A stretch of 64,000 bases of DNA from the human T2T-CHM13v2.0 reference genome, Homo sapiens. Shown here piece after piece: positions 25,905-37,881 of this stretch (position 1 is the first letter of the stretch; the number at the start of each line of letters is the position of its first letter). Location of the stretch: the NCBI RefSeq assembly GCF_009914755.1, contig NC_060928.1; one strand, written 5' to 3'. Under the pieces are notes generated by a model. That model ran no database searches. It was not told the DNA's origin and saw only the letters and a program-made list of their open reading frames with translations. Made by a program: the position numbers and the translations under genes.

Positions 25905-26140
25905 CCTTTTTTTTTCTAGCTTTATTGAGGTACAACTGACAAATACAAATGAAACATGCTCAGGATGTACAGCATAATGATTTCATGTGCCTACACATTG
26001 TGTAATGATTACCACATTAAATTAATGAACACATACATTACCATCGATAGCTACCATGTGTGTGAGCTGAGGTGAGGTGAGTGTAGTAAGGACACTTAAA
26101 ATCTTCTTTCTTATCAAATGGACAGTACAATATTATTCTT
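25905..26140 (-). mobile_element. L1MA/MB 3' end fragment
   Basis: gctttattgaggtacaactgacaaat...tacacattgtgtaatgattaccac. Confidence 0.7.
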
Positions 26141-27243
26141 TTCCATATCTTTTAATTGTTTCATAGCTAAAAGTGAAAATTTTGAAAAGATAATTTGACT
26201 ATGATGCTCTTTTCTGTTCACATTTTCTGGCCCTGACCCAGGCCCTTGTCACCACATGCCCTGTCACTTCTGGAGTCCCCTAGCAAGACCCCCAGCCTCC
26301 CATGCAATCTAGCTGGCATATTGCTTCCAGAACCTTCCTAAAAATACCATGAAGTAGCTAGAACAAGCATCAGTAAGTTCTCATTTAGAGACAACCAAAG
26401 AGACTCTGATTCACCCAAGATTTTATAGGCAGAGGTTGGACTTAAACCACTCAGGTCTCAGTCCAGTGCTTATGTCGTTATTATGCATCACCTAAAATGA
26501 TTTCATGTCCTTTCTGCCTTGAAATAAACTTCAAGATTATTGCCTGTGATATATGAACATGGTTAAGAGCAGGAGGGCAAATAGATTTCACCTGTTAAGT
26601 CAAGCCAGGTTAGTTAGTAATGATAGTCTGCACTGGGTTTCTAGCGTTCTTTGGGGGTTAGCAGAAACTGGGTCCTGATCATGTCTCAAAAGCTGGAGAT
26701 CTTTGCTCATACCTTGTATTTGACACCTGGGACAATCACAGACACATGGAAGGTGTTTATTTAATGATGATTCTTGACTACTTAAACGTAAGGTATATTT
26801 GTATTTCCTTTTCCATGCATGTTCACAGAGAAACACCCACATGATAAACAGGACTTTTGCGTCTTGCTTGATCTCTTTTAAACCTGGACTGTGACATTTC
26901 GCCTGCAGCCTGAGATATTGGGAAGCTAACTCCACATCACTCAGTTGAGTGGAATATTTTATTGATTCCATTGCAATTTCTTCCATCCAAGAGTGCCATT
27001 TTCTCCCTGCGAAGTGCTGATATAATTTGCATCAGGCTGAGCTTCCATAGGTGACTCCCTGCATTTCTTGGTAGTTTAAACTCATTCTCGATGCTATGCC
27101 AGCCACTTTAAGCAGAACAACAGAAGTCTGCCACAGTAAACAATCAAGCCGTTTCACTTGCATTTTTCTACCATGTTCAATGAATCTTTTCTCCCAGTTA
27201 ATGTTTCTTAGTATTAACCTAACAGGACCAGTCCTAGCTTTCA

Positions 27244-27246
<3 letters not shown>

Positions 27247-27291
<45 letters not shown>
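27247..27291. repeat. (TG)n microsatellite
   Basis: About 22 TG units. Confidence 0.97.
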
Positions 27292-27293
<2 letters not shown>

Positions 27294-28361
27294 CCAAAGA
27301 TTATATAGAAAGAGGCTCTTAAAAACCTCAGGCTCAGCTTGTCATACAAATGACATGCCACTGTCAGAATTCCTGTGTTAATCTCTGGAAGACAAAGCCA
27401 GGGCGGGAGGATGAGGCTGGCTCCGAAGCCCTCCCAGAGAGGAGAGTGCCTCTTGAAATCATCTTGCCTCAGTCAGGAGGTCTTTTACCTCCTAACTCCT
27501 CAGCATAAAATCCTGGGTGTGAAACCTTGCTCTGTTGTCATATCCGTCAAATCTGTCTCCATCTATTTCCATTATCACTGCTGAGCACAGATGGGCTTAA
27601 TGATCTCTTGAAGCAAAATGAATAGAAATAGAAAGCCATGCAAAGTGAGTAAAGAAGGGATTAGGATGTCTTTCCCCATACAGCAAACACTTCATGAAGA
27701 AGAAGAAAAAGTAATTTCTTTTTCATTCTCACCATGAAAATCAAGCTAATAAACCACACGTCCTAGATTCTATACAGCGAAAAACACCCCAGAAATTACA
27801 GTAATTCTTTATATTTAGAGCATTTCCTCTTTCAACATAGCTCAGAGCTTTTAATAGGCTTTATCTCAGCCTCAAACCCCCCATGCCCTCATAAAGCTTT
27901 CTTGAACCATGTGTGAAGGGATTATATTCCTTTATTGCTGCTTTCCTTAGACCCATACTCCTGAAATTTAAGACCTCAAGCATGAGATCCTTCTCAGTGG
28001 AAACATTTTGTTTCTACTTATTCATGAGTATTGATCTTTCTACTGCCATGGCCTTTTGGACCCTTCCCTTCATGGTTTATTCTTCTTTAAGAACAATGCT
28101 GATGTTCTCTAAGCACACCATGCTGATGATTGCTTAGGAGGCAAGTTCAGATAAATGGCTTCACTATTTACAGTCCAAAGATCTAGACTTGAGGCCCAGT
28201 GTTGCCACCTACTCTTTGATCATGAGTAAATTAATTTATTGGACTCTAGTTTCTTTATCTGTAAAATAAGTGGTTGGTTCCTTTCCAGTTGCAACATTTC
28301 ATGACACAATAACGCCAGTCTAGTTTGCTCCAACTCTGGCCATATTTTTCCGTCATCAATT

Positions 28362-28504
28362 CTTTTTTTATTATTTTTTATTTTCTTTAAGAGACAGGGT
28401 CTCACTCTGTTGCTCAGGCTTGTCTCAAACTTCCAGCCTCAAGTGATCCTCCTGGCTCAGCCTCCTGAGTTGCTGGGATTACAGGCATGAGCCATTGTGC
28501 CTGG
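28362..28504 (-). mobile_element. FLAM/Alu monomer
   Basis: gagacagggtctcactctgttgctcaggct...gggattacaggcatgagccattgtgcctggc. Confidence 0.85.
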
Positions 28505-28983
28505 CTTCCTTCACCAACTCCTATTCCTCTACTTTCACCAGAGCTACTCTTCCTGGGTCATCAATCTCTTGTTCATATGTGTTTTCCATCTAGAATATCT
28601 TAAGAGGTTTTTGGGGGTGGCTTTTTATTTGCGCTATTATCTATCGCAAGAAGGAAATAATATTCAACTCACTGATAAATGAGTTAAATAAAAATGATTT
28701 AATTTGAATACTTTATTGTGTTGCCGCTGACTAGCATTTAGATTCTCTAACTCCCTTTGGGATGGGGAGATAATCTAGGATTGCCATATGGTGCTCACAC
28801 CATTTCCCTTATGATTATTGCGGCAGAGGTGCAATGGAGCTTAGTGTTCCATATCTATGTTCTGAGATATTTATACAAACTGAAATTATGACAGAAGACT
28901 TCCTCACTGTCTTTAGGCTGTAACTTGGTTTAAAACAGCTAAATTACAAAAAAAGTTTTAAAAACATTTTAAAGTTAGTTCTA

Positions 28984-29145
28984 GGCCAGGTGTGGTGGCA
29001 CATGTATGTACTTCCAGCTGCTAAGCAGGCTGAGGCAGGAAGATTGCTTGAGGCCAGGAGTTTAGGCCGGAGTGCGTGATAATTGCAACTGTGAATAACC
29101 ACTGCACTCCAACCTGAACATAGTGAGACCCTGACTCTAAAAACA
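28984..29145 (+). mobile_element. FAM (fossil Alu monomer, 7SL-derived)
   Basis: Single monomer retaining the ctgtgaataaccactgcactcc segment typical of FAM/7SL. Confidence 0.75.
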
Positions 29146-29660
29146 TATATAAAAATCAATCAATAAAAAAATTAGTTTTATTTTTGTGAGTTTTATTTTT
29201 CCTACAAATCCCTTTCTCATATTTTAAACCAACTGTGCTCTTTCTGGAAGGCCATTTCCTTAATATTGCTTTATAAAATATGTTCATGTTGGCTTTTGAG
29301 GCATATGCAGAGCACTTGTCTTTGGATAAGAGAATTTAGTAGTTGGCTTTTTACTTTTTCTTTCTTCTCTCCTATCTCATCCTGAAGTGAGGGTTGAAGT
29401 CTGGGGGCAAGAAGAGCAAAGCTACCAGATACTTTTGCTGGCTTGGTAATCACATAAAATGGCTTTGTGCACTTTGGGCCTGGCAGATACTGAGCAGCAA
29501 CACTGCTGTGAGTTGTTTGGAGCCTCCTCCTGAGTCTTTGGGCGAGGACAATGTGTTTTGCTCTGGTTGCTGACTGCCTTTGGAAGTCCTGTTCATACAG
29601 ACCTCTCTCTACTGGTGTCCTCTTGACCTTCATGCAGTCCTCTTGAAGACAAGACAAGTC

Positions 29661-29840
29661 TGGACACTGGCTCTCTTTGCTGCATGGCCCACATCTGGTC
29701 CATGGGAAATGCTCACCCGTTGGACACTGGCTCTCTTTGCTGTGTGGCCCACATCTGGTCCATGGGAAATGCTCACCCACTGGACACTGGCTGTCTTTGC
29801 TGCGTGGCCCACATCTTGTCCATGGTTAATGTTCACACAT
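29661..29840. repeat. 3 x 60-bp tandem repeat
   Basis: Units start at 29661, 29721 and 29781: tggacactggctctctttgctgcatggcccacatctggtccatgggaaatgctcacccgt. Confidence 0.95.
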
Positions 29841-30093
29841 CGTTTGGCTTGACAAACTCTGGGAGTGCAGGACTATCATCCCAACTAACTTCTTCACTAA
29901 ACAGCCCGCCAAGCCATCTCTCTTGCCTTCTAGATTTCCCACACATGAATCAGACCTTCCGAACTCGAGGTTACACATAGTAAATTCTATGAGTGGTCCT
30001 ACTGAAGTGAAGCCCCTCAACTTTAGTGTTGAGGGGTTGAAACTACAGGAAGTTGAGCTCCCATGCCTCCTTGGTTTCAGGTTTGCGTATGTT

Positions 30094-30130
<37 letters not shown>
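30094..30130. repeat. (TG)n(CG)n alternating purine-pyrimidine tract
   Basis: tgtgtg...tgtgcgcgcgcgtgt. Confidence 0.9.
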
Positions 30131-31829
30131 CAGAGAGAGACTCAGCAACAGACTTAGCAGTCCATTCTCTGCAAAGGAATCTTGCCCATAAATTCCATTT
30201 GTGCCTTTTCTATCCCCTAAATGGGAAAAAAGAGATCAAAGAAAACTGCAACCAGTTCTCAAATAGTGGCTTTGAAGATTTATCCAGAAGGAACTGTCTT
30301 ACACTCTCAGAGACATCTGATATGTGCTTTATTTTTGCCTTTCAGTAGAAACTTTAAATTTAATATCATATTATAAATGTCTTCATAAATTTGGCAAGAA
30401 ATCATATTTTAAAATATCCATCTCTCCTCACATTCAATCTTTTAAGAAGATTAAATATCTTCCAATTACTTATTCTTTTCAAGAACTCGTTCCTAAATAA
30501 TACCTGATCTCCATAAGATAAAATAAGAAATTCTTCCATTTTGGATGTTCTAAATTACAACATATTAGGATTAATTCTAAGCACCTGCTTTGTGCCTATT
30601 TGCTATCCTCTGAGAATATGAAAGCCTCCAATAGAAACCTGTGGCGGGAGTAAGAAGGAAGCATTTAACAGAAGAAATGGCTCAGCCTGCTGGAGTCCAT
30701 GTGGCTTCCCTCCTTCTTGTGGAGTGGCTGTGAGGTATCTTCTTAAATGCTTTAATGATGGGAAAATCACTACTTCCAGGGCCAAGAATTTCTCTGTGTT
30801 TTGTATCAGATAGAGGATGCTGTTTTGTTAATTGAACCACATATCAAACCTAGAATCCTTTGCTTTCTTAAAATCTTTGAAATGGCAAATCAAACTCGAA
30901 GAGCAGCAGGATGGAGGGTTTTGGAGAGCCCTTGTGCTGCATCTATTGCTAGAGGATCTGAAAATGAAAAGACCAACAGTGTAGTAATTCCAAGCATTTG
31001 AACGCCAAAAAGTTTTGTTGGTGAGAACTTTGTTTTGCCATTCTTTTCTAAATAAAGGCTCAAGGTGATGTAATTGAGCTACCTTGGTTTAAACAAAGAA
31101 GAAGAAAATAGAATTGATTTGATCCATCATAAAATTGAGTGGCATAAAAGATATGATTTTATATAATTTGAATGTTACTTAATTTTCATCACTATCAGAA
31201 TTCATTCATGGATTAAACTGTGACAGTTCAAAGACACACTGTTTCAAAAGGGTGAAAGAGAAGTAAATGAAAAGCATTATTATAATTCTTAATTCTTCTC
31301 CACTTTTGGAGAAAATTTATATAGTAATAGCTATGTAGCTAATTTATACAACTAATGTTTTATAATAAATATATTGTATAAAAGTATATTTTATTTTATA
31401 ATTTACATATATTATGAAATATTACTTATATAAATATATATAATACAAAATTGTATAATAACAATAGCTGTGTAAGGTGTCATTCTCTATGTTTTACATT
31501 ATTAATCATTAATCCAAAACCTACCTGTGAGATAGTATTATCATTTTTCTTAATTCATATATGAAAGAATAGAGGTGCAGAGAGGGAAAAGTAGAGGCAG
31601 AAAAATAAATACTTGGGATTCCCAAATTCAAACTTTTAATTTCTCTCAGATTTTGGCTCTGACATCCATAATTTTCTTACTTTTAGAAATTCTCTTCTTC
31701 TCTGTCAAAATTGTACCTTTCACTTATAAGTAACAGCCAGCTAATCCACTTGCTAAAGTGTTCAGCAAGTTCTGGTGGATTTGTGTGATGCCTTCCTCAG
31801 AATATATTACCACATAAGAATGTCTTTTT

Positions 31830-31990
31830 AATTGAGCACTAATTATGCACCAGGCAGTATGCTATGTGCGTTATATACAACATCTCTTTTGATCATCACA
31901 AAATACTATGAGGTTAATAGATACTTTTTCCATTTCTATTTGAAGAACCCAGAGATAAGAAAGCAGAGGTATTTGACTAAGGTAGGCCAC
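31830..31990 (-). mobile_element. MIR fragment
   Basis: attgagcactaattatgcaccaggcagtatgcta. Confidence 0.55.
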
Positions 31991-33770
31991 CCAAATGGTG
32001 AGGACAGAGTCAGCAACCAGACAGGAATCCCTCACCTTTCTACTACCAACTTCATTTTTTCTCATATATTTCCCATCCCTTACATAACAATATTTTTCCT
32101 ACTCCTAAAGCTGCTGCTTCATAATGCTCTAGATCTCATCTTCTCTTACCGACTCAAGAATTTGCTCACAAAGTATTCTGTCTCCTGTATCAACAATTTC
32201 TCCTACATTGGATACTTTCCCTTAACATACCATCATTCCCTGTGGTACTTTATATTTTAAAAATAGTTCTCCTTTGACCTGATGCCATCTCTAGCTCCAT
32301 TTCTCTTTTCCTCTATAAGAGTAGAAGTGTATGGAAGATTTGATAAAGACTCTATGCACTTCATTGTCCCCATTCTTTCTTCATCCTTCACTTAAACTTT
32401 AAAAGGTTGAGGATCTGCTATTGTTGAAGCCACTATTCATTTTTGTATGTTTGTCTTATTTGATATATCAACTAATTTGTAATGTAACCTCCATCATAAA
32501 CCAAGCTGCCATGTGTGCATGGGACAGATATTAGCCTTAATTGTTTATTCCATCCTTCTGTTAATACTACATTTTGATTAAAATGATTTTACAGAAATTC
32601 TGGATATCTGGTAGATTATCAGTATTTCTTTCTGCTTTTTTGATTGTTTCTTTCTCTTTTCCTTCTTTTTTTCTCTATCTCCTCCTTTTCCTCCTTATGT
32701 CCTTCTATTTTCCTTCTATCTTGTCAAATTTTAACTTTATGTTTCAACATTAATTTTAGAATGAGTTTTTAAAATGTGGTGAATCTCTATTAGAATTTTG
32801 TGGAATTGAACAAAATAGAGATTATTATGAGCAACATTGCCGTCTTTGTGATTATGCTGTTGCAAAAGGATACCTATTGTCTGAATAGTGTGTTTTCTTG
32901 TTCTTGATCGATCATATTACAAGATATGTTTTACTATTCCAAATAACTTTTGTTTATGGAATTTTTTTTCACTGATTTGTGTTGTTTGCATTATATTCAT
33001 TCTTTTCTCTACTTTATTTCTATGTTATTTTGTCTAACTGTATCATTTGAATAATAACCTCATTAATTTTCAGTTATACTTTTCATATACACATAACATT
33101 ATGTTTCTGTTTCAATATTTTACTATCTGTACATTATAAAATTTGATATGTAATGTTTTCACTTAAACTCAGTTCTAAATATTTTCTAATACCCATCATA
33201 ATACTTAACTAATAACTTATTTAAAAACACATGATATACATTTGTAAAAATAGATGATGTTCCTAATTATCAATATTTTATTGTTAATGTCTAATGTTAT
33301 TGCATTTTTGGAGATTATATTCATTGAAATACACATTGTTGCATCAAAATCCCTGCTCAGGTAAGTCACTTTTCTCTGTGGGAAAGAAACAGAATAAAGA
33401 GATGCCACAGATGTTACAAAAATGGTTGATTACTTGAATGAACAGGGAAGAAATGTTTTGAAATGGGGAAGAAGCATTTCCCCAACACCGGGGACTGCCA
33501 GGTTATGGAAATGGACAATTCTGCAACTGTATATCAAATCTTTACTGTTCTCCTTGCTTTTGATTTCTTCAGAGAGCAGAAATGTGTGAGGGCAAACAGA
33601 AATAAAGCAGGCAAAGTATCCTTGTTCCAACTTTAAAAATTCTCAGTGTGTGGACATGAAGGCATATGTGTGAGGAATATGAATTTGATTTTCTCTTAAT
33701 GAGCATTGCTTTTTCTCCCCACTGCCTTTCTTCTAGAATGCTACGCTGTCACCTGCAGGAAAGCCTGAGC

Positions 33771-33865
33771 AGATAAAGATGGCTTCTGCACCTGGAGGAA
33801 ATGGGAATTTCCAGCGAGACAGGAAGAAAATGATTCAAGTGGGTGAAATTGTGAATTTCTTGGAA
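33771..33865. promoter_or_regulatory. Candidate enhancer motif cluster (GATA, E-box, ETS, NF-kB, AP-1-like, STAT GAS)
   Basis: AGATAA 33771; CACCTG 33789; GAGGAAAT 33795; GGGAATTTCC 33803-33812; CAGGAAG 33820; TGATTCA 33831; TTCTTGGAA 33857-33865. Confidence 0.45.
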
Positions 33866-34416
33866 GAGAGACTTTGTCTTTATTGTTTGTAAATCAGCTT
33901 ATTATTGGGAACATAACATACCAGTCAGCCCAAAAATGTGCTGTTTTTTCTTAAACTACTGATGAAGAAGTGGTAAAAACAGGGGCTTCTTTATAGTCAG
34001 GTAAGTCTAGGTGGATCCCCTGTTTTTAGAGGCACCTTTGCGCTCCTGTCTGCTTCACCCACAAAACGTAACTTTGACTTAAATTGAACAGGGCTGTGCA
34101 TACGAATAACTCTATCCAGTGTAATTGGATGCACTAGAGCGTGCTTTCTAAAATTAGAATGCTGGGGTAGAGATCTTGCTTCAACCTAATAATGCCTGAA
34201 TGAATTTGGCAAACAGAAGTAACTTTCTATGCCTGAATTTGCTATCTTTGAAATGGGAATGATAATAATAGTAGAAAACCTGCACAATTGTTGTGAAATT
34301 AAAATGAGTCTATTAAAAAAAAACAAAGTGCCTGCTACATAGTGCTCAAGTATTACTAATATTATTATTACTGCTATCTTTATTTATAATCTCCCTGGTA
34401 TAAAGGACTCATTACT

Positions 34417-34442
34417 CAAAATAGAATATATATTCTATTTTG
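34417..34442. repeat. Perfect 26-bp palindrome
   Basis: CAAAATAGAATAT|ATATTCTATTTTG. Confidence 0.95.
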
Positions 34443-34632
34443 CTTATTCTCCGTCAAAAATAATATCTATGTTCTATATGCAAGGTTATAATATGAGCAC
34501 AGGATAGAATAAAGTGTACGAAGTATTTTTTTGATAGGTTCACTATTGTGCCATCAGTCATTTTTGCCCAAAAGAAGCAGAAGATAAGCTCATAGTTATT
34601 TTTTTCCCAGAAAGACTCAGTTTTGTTTGAAA

Positions 34633-34912
34633 TTAATTAATTAATTTCCATAAATTATTGGGGTACAGGTGGTATTTAGTTACATGAGTAAGTTCTTTAG
34701 TGGCGATTTGTGAGATTTTCATGCACCCATCACCCGAGCAGTATATACTGCACCATATTTGCAGTGTTTTATCCCTAGACCCCCTCCCTCTCTTCCCCAC
34801 AAGTCCCCAAAGTCCATTGTATTATTCTTATGCCTTTGCATCCTCATAGCTTAGCTCCTACATATCAGTGAGAAGATATGATGTTTGGTTTTCCATTCCT
34901 GAGTTACTTAGA
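34633..34912 (-). mobile_element. L1PB-like 3' end
   Basis: ggggtacaggtggtatttagttacatgagtaagttctttagtggcgatttgtgagatttt; TSD-like gactcagtt on both sides. Confidence 0.85.
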
Positions 34913-35559
34913 ATTAACAAGGACTCAGTTCTTCATAGGCATTTTTGGCATCTCAGATAATAGATTTTGTCACCGAAGCCAACGGTCCTTTGGAATCACA
35001 ATTACGTGAATGTATAGATTGCTGAACAAATCTACTAAGACTCCTAATTTGTATCTCACAGAATTTGAAAGCTATAAGTGACCACATTATTCCCACTGCA
35101 TATGAAGAAATTGATGCACAGGAAATAAACGTTTGAAAATGTAGGTTTAACTATGTTTTTCTTCTGAATAACATCACTCAATACATTTACCTAGCACAGA
35201 ACACTCTTTAGCACAATTTACATGACCCTAAATAGTTTGGTCTTGGAGTATTCTACGACTCATGTTTTCATGTTCCCTACTTTTTAGTTTATTCAAATCA
35301 TTTTTCTTCTGATCCTGCTAAAACATTTTTACCATTGCTGAGAATTCATCACCTTTTCTCCCCTGCTTCTGCTACTCCTTCTCCTAGGTCAATTTTACTA
35401 ATTCTTCAGATCTCAGCTTAAATATCTCATTGTTAGAGAAGGTTTCCTTGATCTCCTAAATTAAATTGAATCCCTGTTGATATATGCTCCACTAGCTGTC
35501 ATAAACACTTTTATCAGCATTATTGTCTTTGTAACTATATATGCTGCGTAAGATTAGGT

Positions 35560-37105
35560 GATTTTCACTCTTCTCACTTTTTATTTTAGATATTATGTTA
35601 TTTTCATCCTAGAATTCCCATTTCATTTTTCTAGGATTTCTATTTCTTTACTAAGATTTCCAATCTTTTCACTTATGATAAGAATAATTTCCTTTCCTTG
35701 AACACAGTTATAATCACTTTTATAAAGTCCTTATGTTAAAATTTTCACTTTTGGGTCATGATAGGGCTGTTCTCTATTGTTTTGTTTCCTTTCCTTAAAA
35801 ATGTGTCTTATTTTCTTGTTTCTTTATATGTGAATTAATTTTGATTATTTCTGGGACATTGTGGATGATGTTATAGATATTATTCTATATAGATGTTATA
35901 GATTCTATATATATTCTATATTGATGTTATGGATGTTATTCTATAACATCTATAAAATCTACTACCTATTAAATTCTATTTAATACCTTTTTTTTTTTTT
36001 GGTCCCTTTGTGTTAGCAGGCACTTGACTGGACTCAAAGTATAAAATCCATCTTCCCTTTGGTGGGCAACAGTTTAAATTTTGCTGCTGTTGTTTGTTTG
36101 TTTTTGTTTGTTTTGTTGGCTTTACCTGGGGTGCTTGGAATTTAGGCTATGCATGCGTGGTTCACAATTAGCCAGAGATTTGAAAAGAATTTGTTCACAG
36201 GTTCTGAGCTTCCCGACTGTTTTCTAGGATTTTCTTTTTTTTTTTTTTCATTTCATTTTCTTTTTTTTTCTTTTTTTAAGTTTTATTATTATTATACTTT
36301 AAGTTTTAGGGTACATGTGCACAATGTGCAGGTTAGTGACATATGTATACATGTGCTGTGCTGGTGTGCTGCACCCATCAACTCCTCATTTAGCATTAGG
36401 CATAACTCCTAAAGCTATCCCTCCCCCCTCCCCCCACCCCACAACAGTCCCCAGAGTGTGATGTTCCCCTTCCTGTGTCCATGTGATCTCATTGTTCAAT
36501 TCCCACCTATGAGTGAGAATATGCGGTGTTTGGTTTTTTGTTCTTGTGGTAGTTTACTGAGAATGATGATTTCCAATTTCATCCATGTCCCTACAAAGGA
36601 CATGAACTCATCATTTTTTATGGCTGCATAGTATTCCATGGTATATATGTGCCACATTTTCTTAATCCAGTCTATCATTGTTGGACATTTGGATTGGTCC
36701 CAAGTCTTTGCTATTGTGAATAGTGCCGCAATAAACATACGTGTGCATGCGTCTTTATAGCAGCATGATTTGTTTTCTAGGATTTTCTTTCTCACTTTCT
36801 ACTGGTTGCATTTGCCCTCAACTCTGCTGTCTGGTTTTTCAAGTCAGTTAAGAATGGAGGTTTTCTACCAGCGTTTTAGCTTTTGCATATCGTGGAGACC
36901 AGAGCTTGTTCTCAGGTACAAGTCGTAAATTAGGAAATTCACTCAGGGCTGTTGCTTCCTTCCAGGAGTTGATTTTCCTTCACTATCTGCTGCATCTTTT
37001 TAGTCTCCAGACCTTAGTTGGCTGTTTTACAATAATTTTTCCAGGTTTGAATTGCCATTTTCATGAGGACTGGGCCAACTAGGAACTCCCCAGCCATACC
37101 AGAAG
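35560..37105 (-). mobile_element. Old L1M 5'/ORF1 region interrupted by a young L1PA
   Basis: Antisense L1M motifs (ctagaattcccatttc, cttgaacacagttataatcact) on both sides of the L1PA. Confidence 0.6.
36238..36770 (-). mobile_element. Young L1PA (L1PA2/3-like) 3' end
   Basis: ORF 36496-36795 contains the L1 ORF2 C-terminus (CCYKDACTRMFIAALFTIAKTW...LIGGN); TSD tgttttctaggattttcttt at 36218 and 36771. Confidence 0.95.
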
Positions 37106-37829
37106 CAAGGAAATATCAAATTCCACACTGTCATGGAGCAAATAAAAACATGCATTATATTTCAATATAACATTTAATATATTTACAATACTGATTCAGT
37201 AACTGAGTTTATGACATTCCATACCACACACCCCACCCCTATAAATATAATTACAACTAATATTATTGGGTGATAATTCTGTGTTAGCCTTACAAAAATA
37301 CTGTTTTACTGAATCTTTGCAATTTCATTGAATCAACTCTATTAGGCAAATACTATTCCTGTATTATAAATGAGAAAACTAAATCCTAGCAAAGTCGAGT
37401 CATGTACCCAAGCTCAAAAATCTGGCCAATGGCAGGGCCCACATGTAGACAAGGATTTCAACTCCAAAGTCTTACATGTTATAATAGCAGGGAGACCTTA
37501 CATGGAGATATTTGAGGGCCTATTGCAATGTGGAAGCACATTGCTTGTCCTGCTTCTTCTCCTGTTCCTGAATCTATATTTATATTTGAGACATTGCTTA
37601 TATTTCAGATACTACTTATGTTTTAGACATTGTATTTTAAACATTGTTTGAGTAAGAACTTCCTGCATTTAGTCCTGTCACCTAAAATCTGGTCCAGATT
37701 GGTGAATATGTTTCCACCCAGTTCCCAGAACCTCCCAATTAGCCCTCTCCTATTCTTTCCAGTGGACCCTCCTCCTCCTGACTATGTCAGTAGCAGTTTG
37801 TATTGCTGCCCAATCCTAATAAGTATTTA

Positions 37830-37881
37830 TTAGGTTGGTGCAAACCTAATTGCGGTTTTTGCCATTACTTTCAATGGCAAA
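37830..37881 (+). mobile_element. MADE1 (Hsmar1-derived MITE), truncated
   Basis: ttaggttggtgcaaacctaattgcggtttttgccattactttcaatggcaaa: left TIR and centre of MADE1; most of the right TIR is missing. Confidence 0.85.

Noticed and set aside
29661-29840. CRISPR-like array
   Set aside because: Units are contiguous with no unique spacers, and the DNA is primate.
29271-29980. Overlapping ORFs of up to 169 aa as protein-coding genes
   Set aside because: Explained largely by the stop-poor 60-bp tandem repeat; no recognisable domain.
31832-32260. 142-aa plus-strand ORF
   Set aside because: It overlaps MIR and L2-like fragments and has a non-ATG start; chance ORF.
36238-36280. 3' transduction in the second L1PA (catttcattttc between T-runs)
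   Set aside because: Too short and low-complexity to distinguish from poly-A tail decay.
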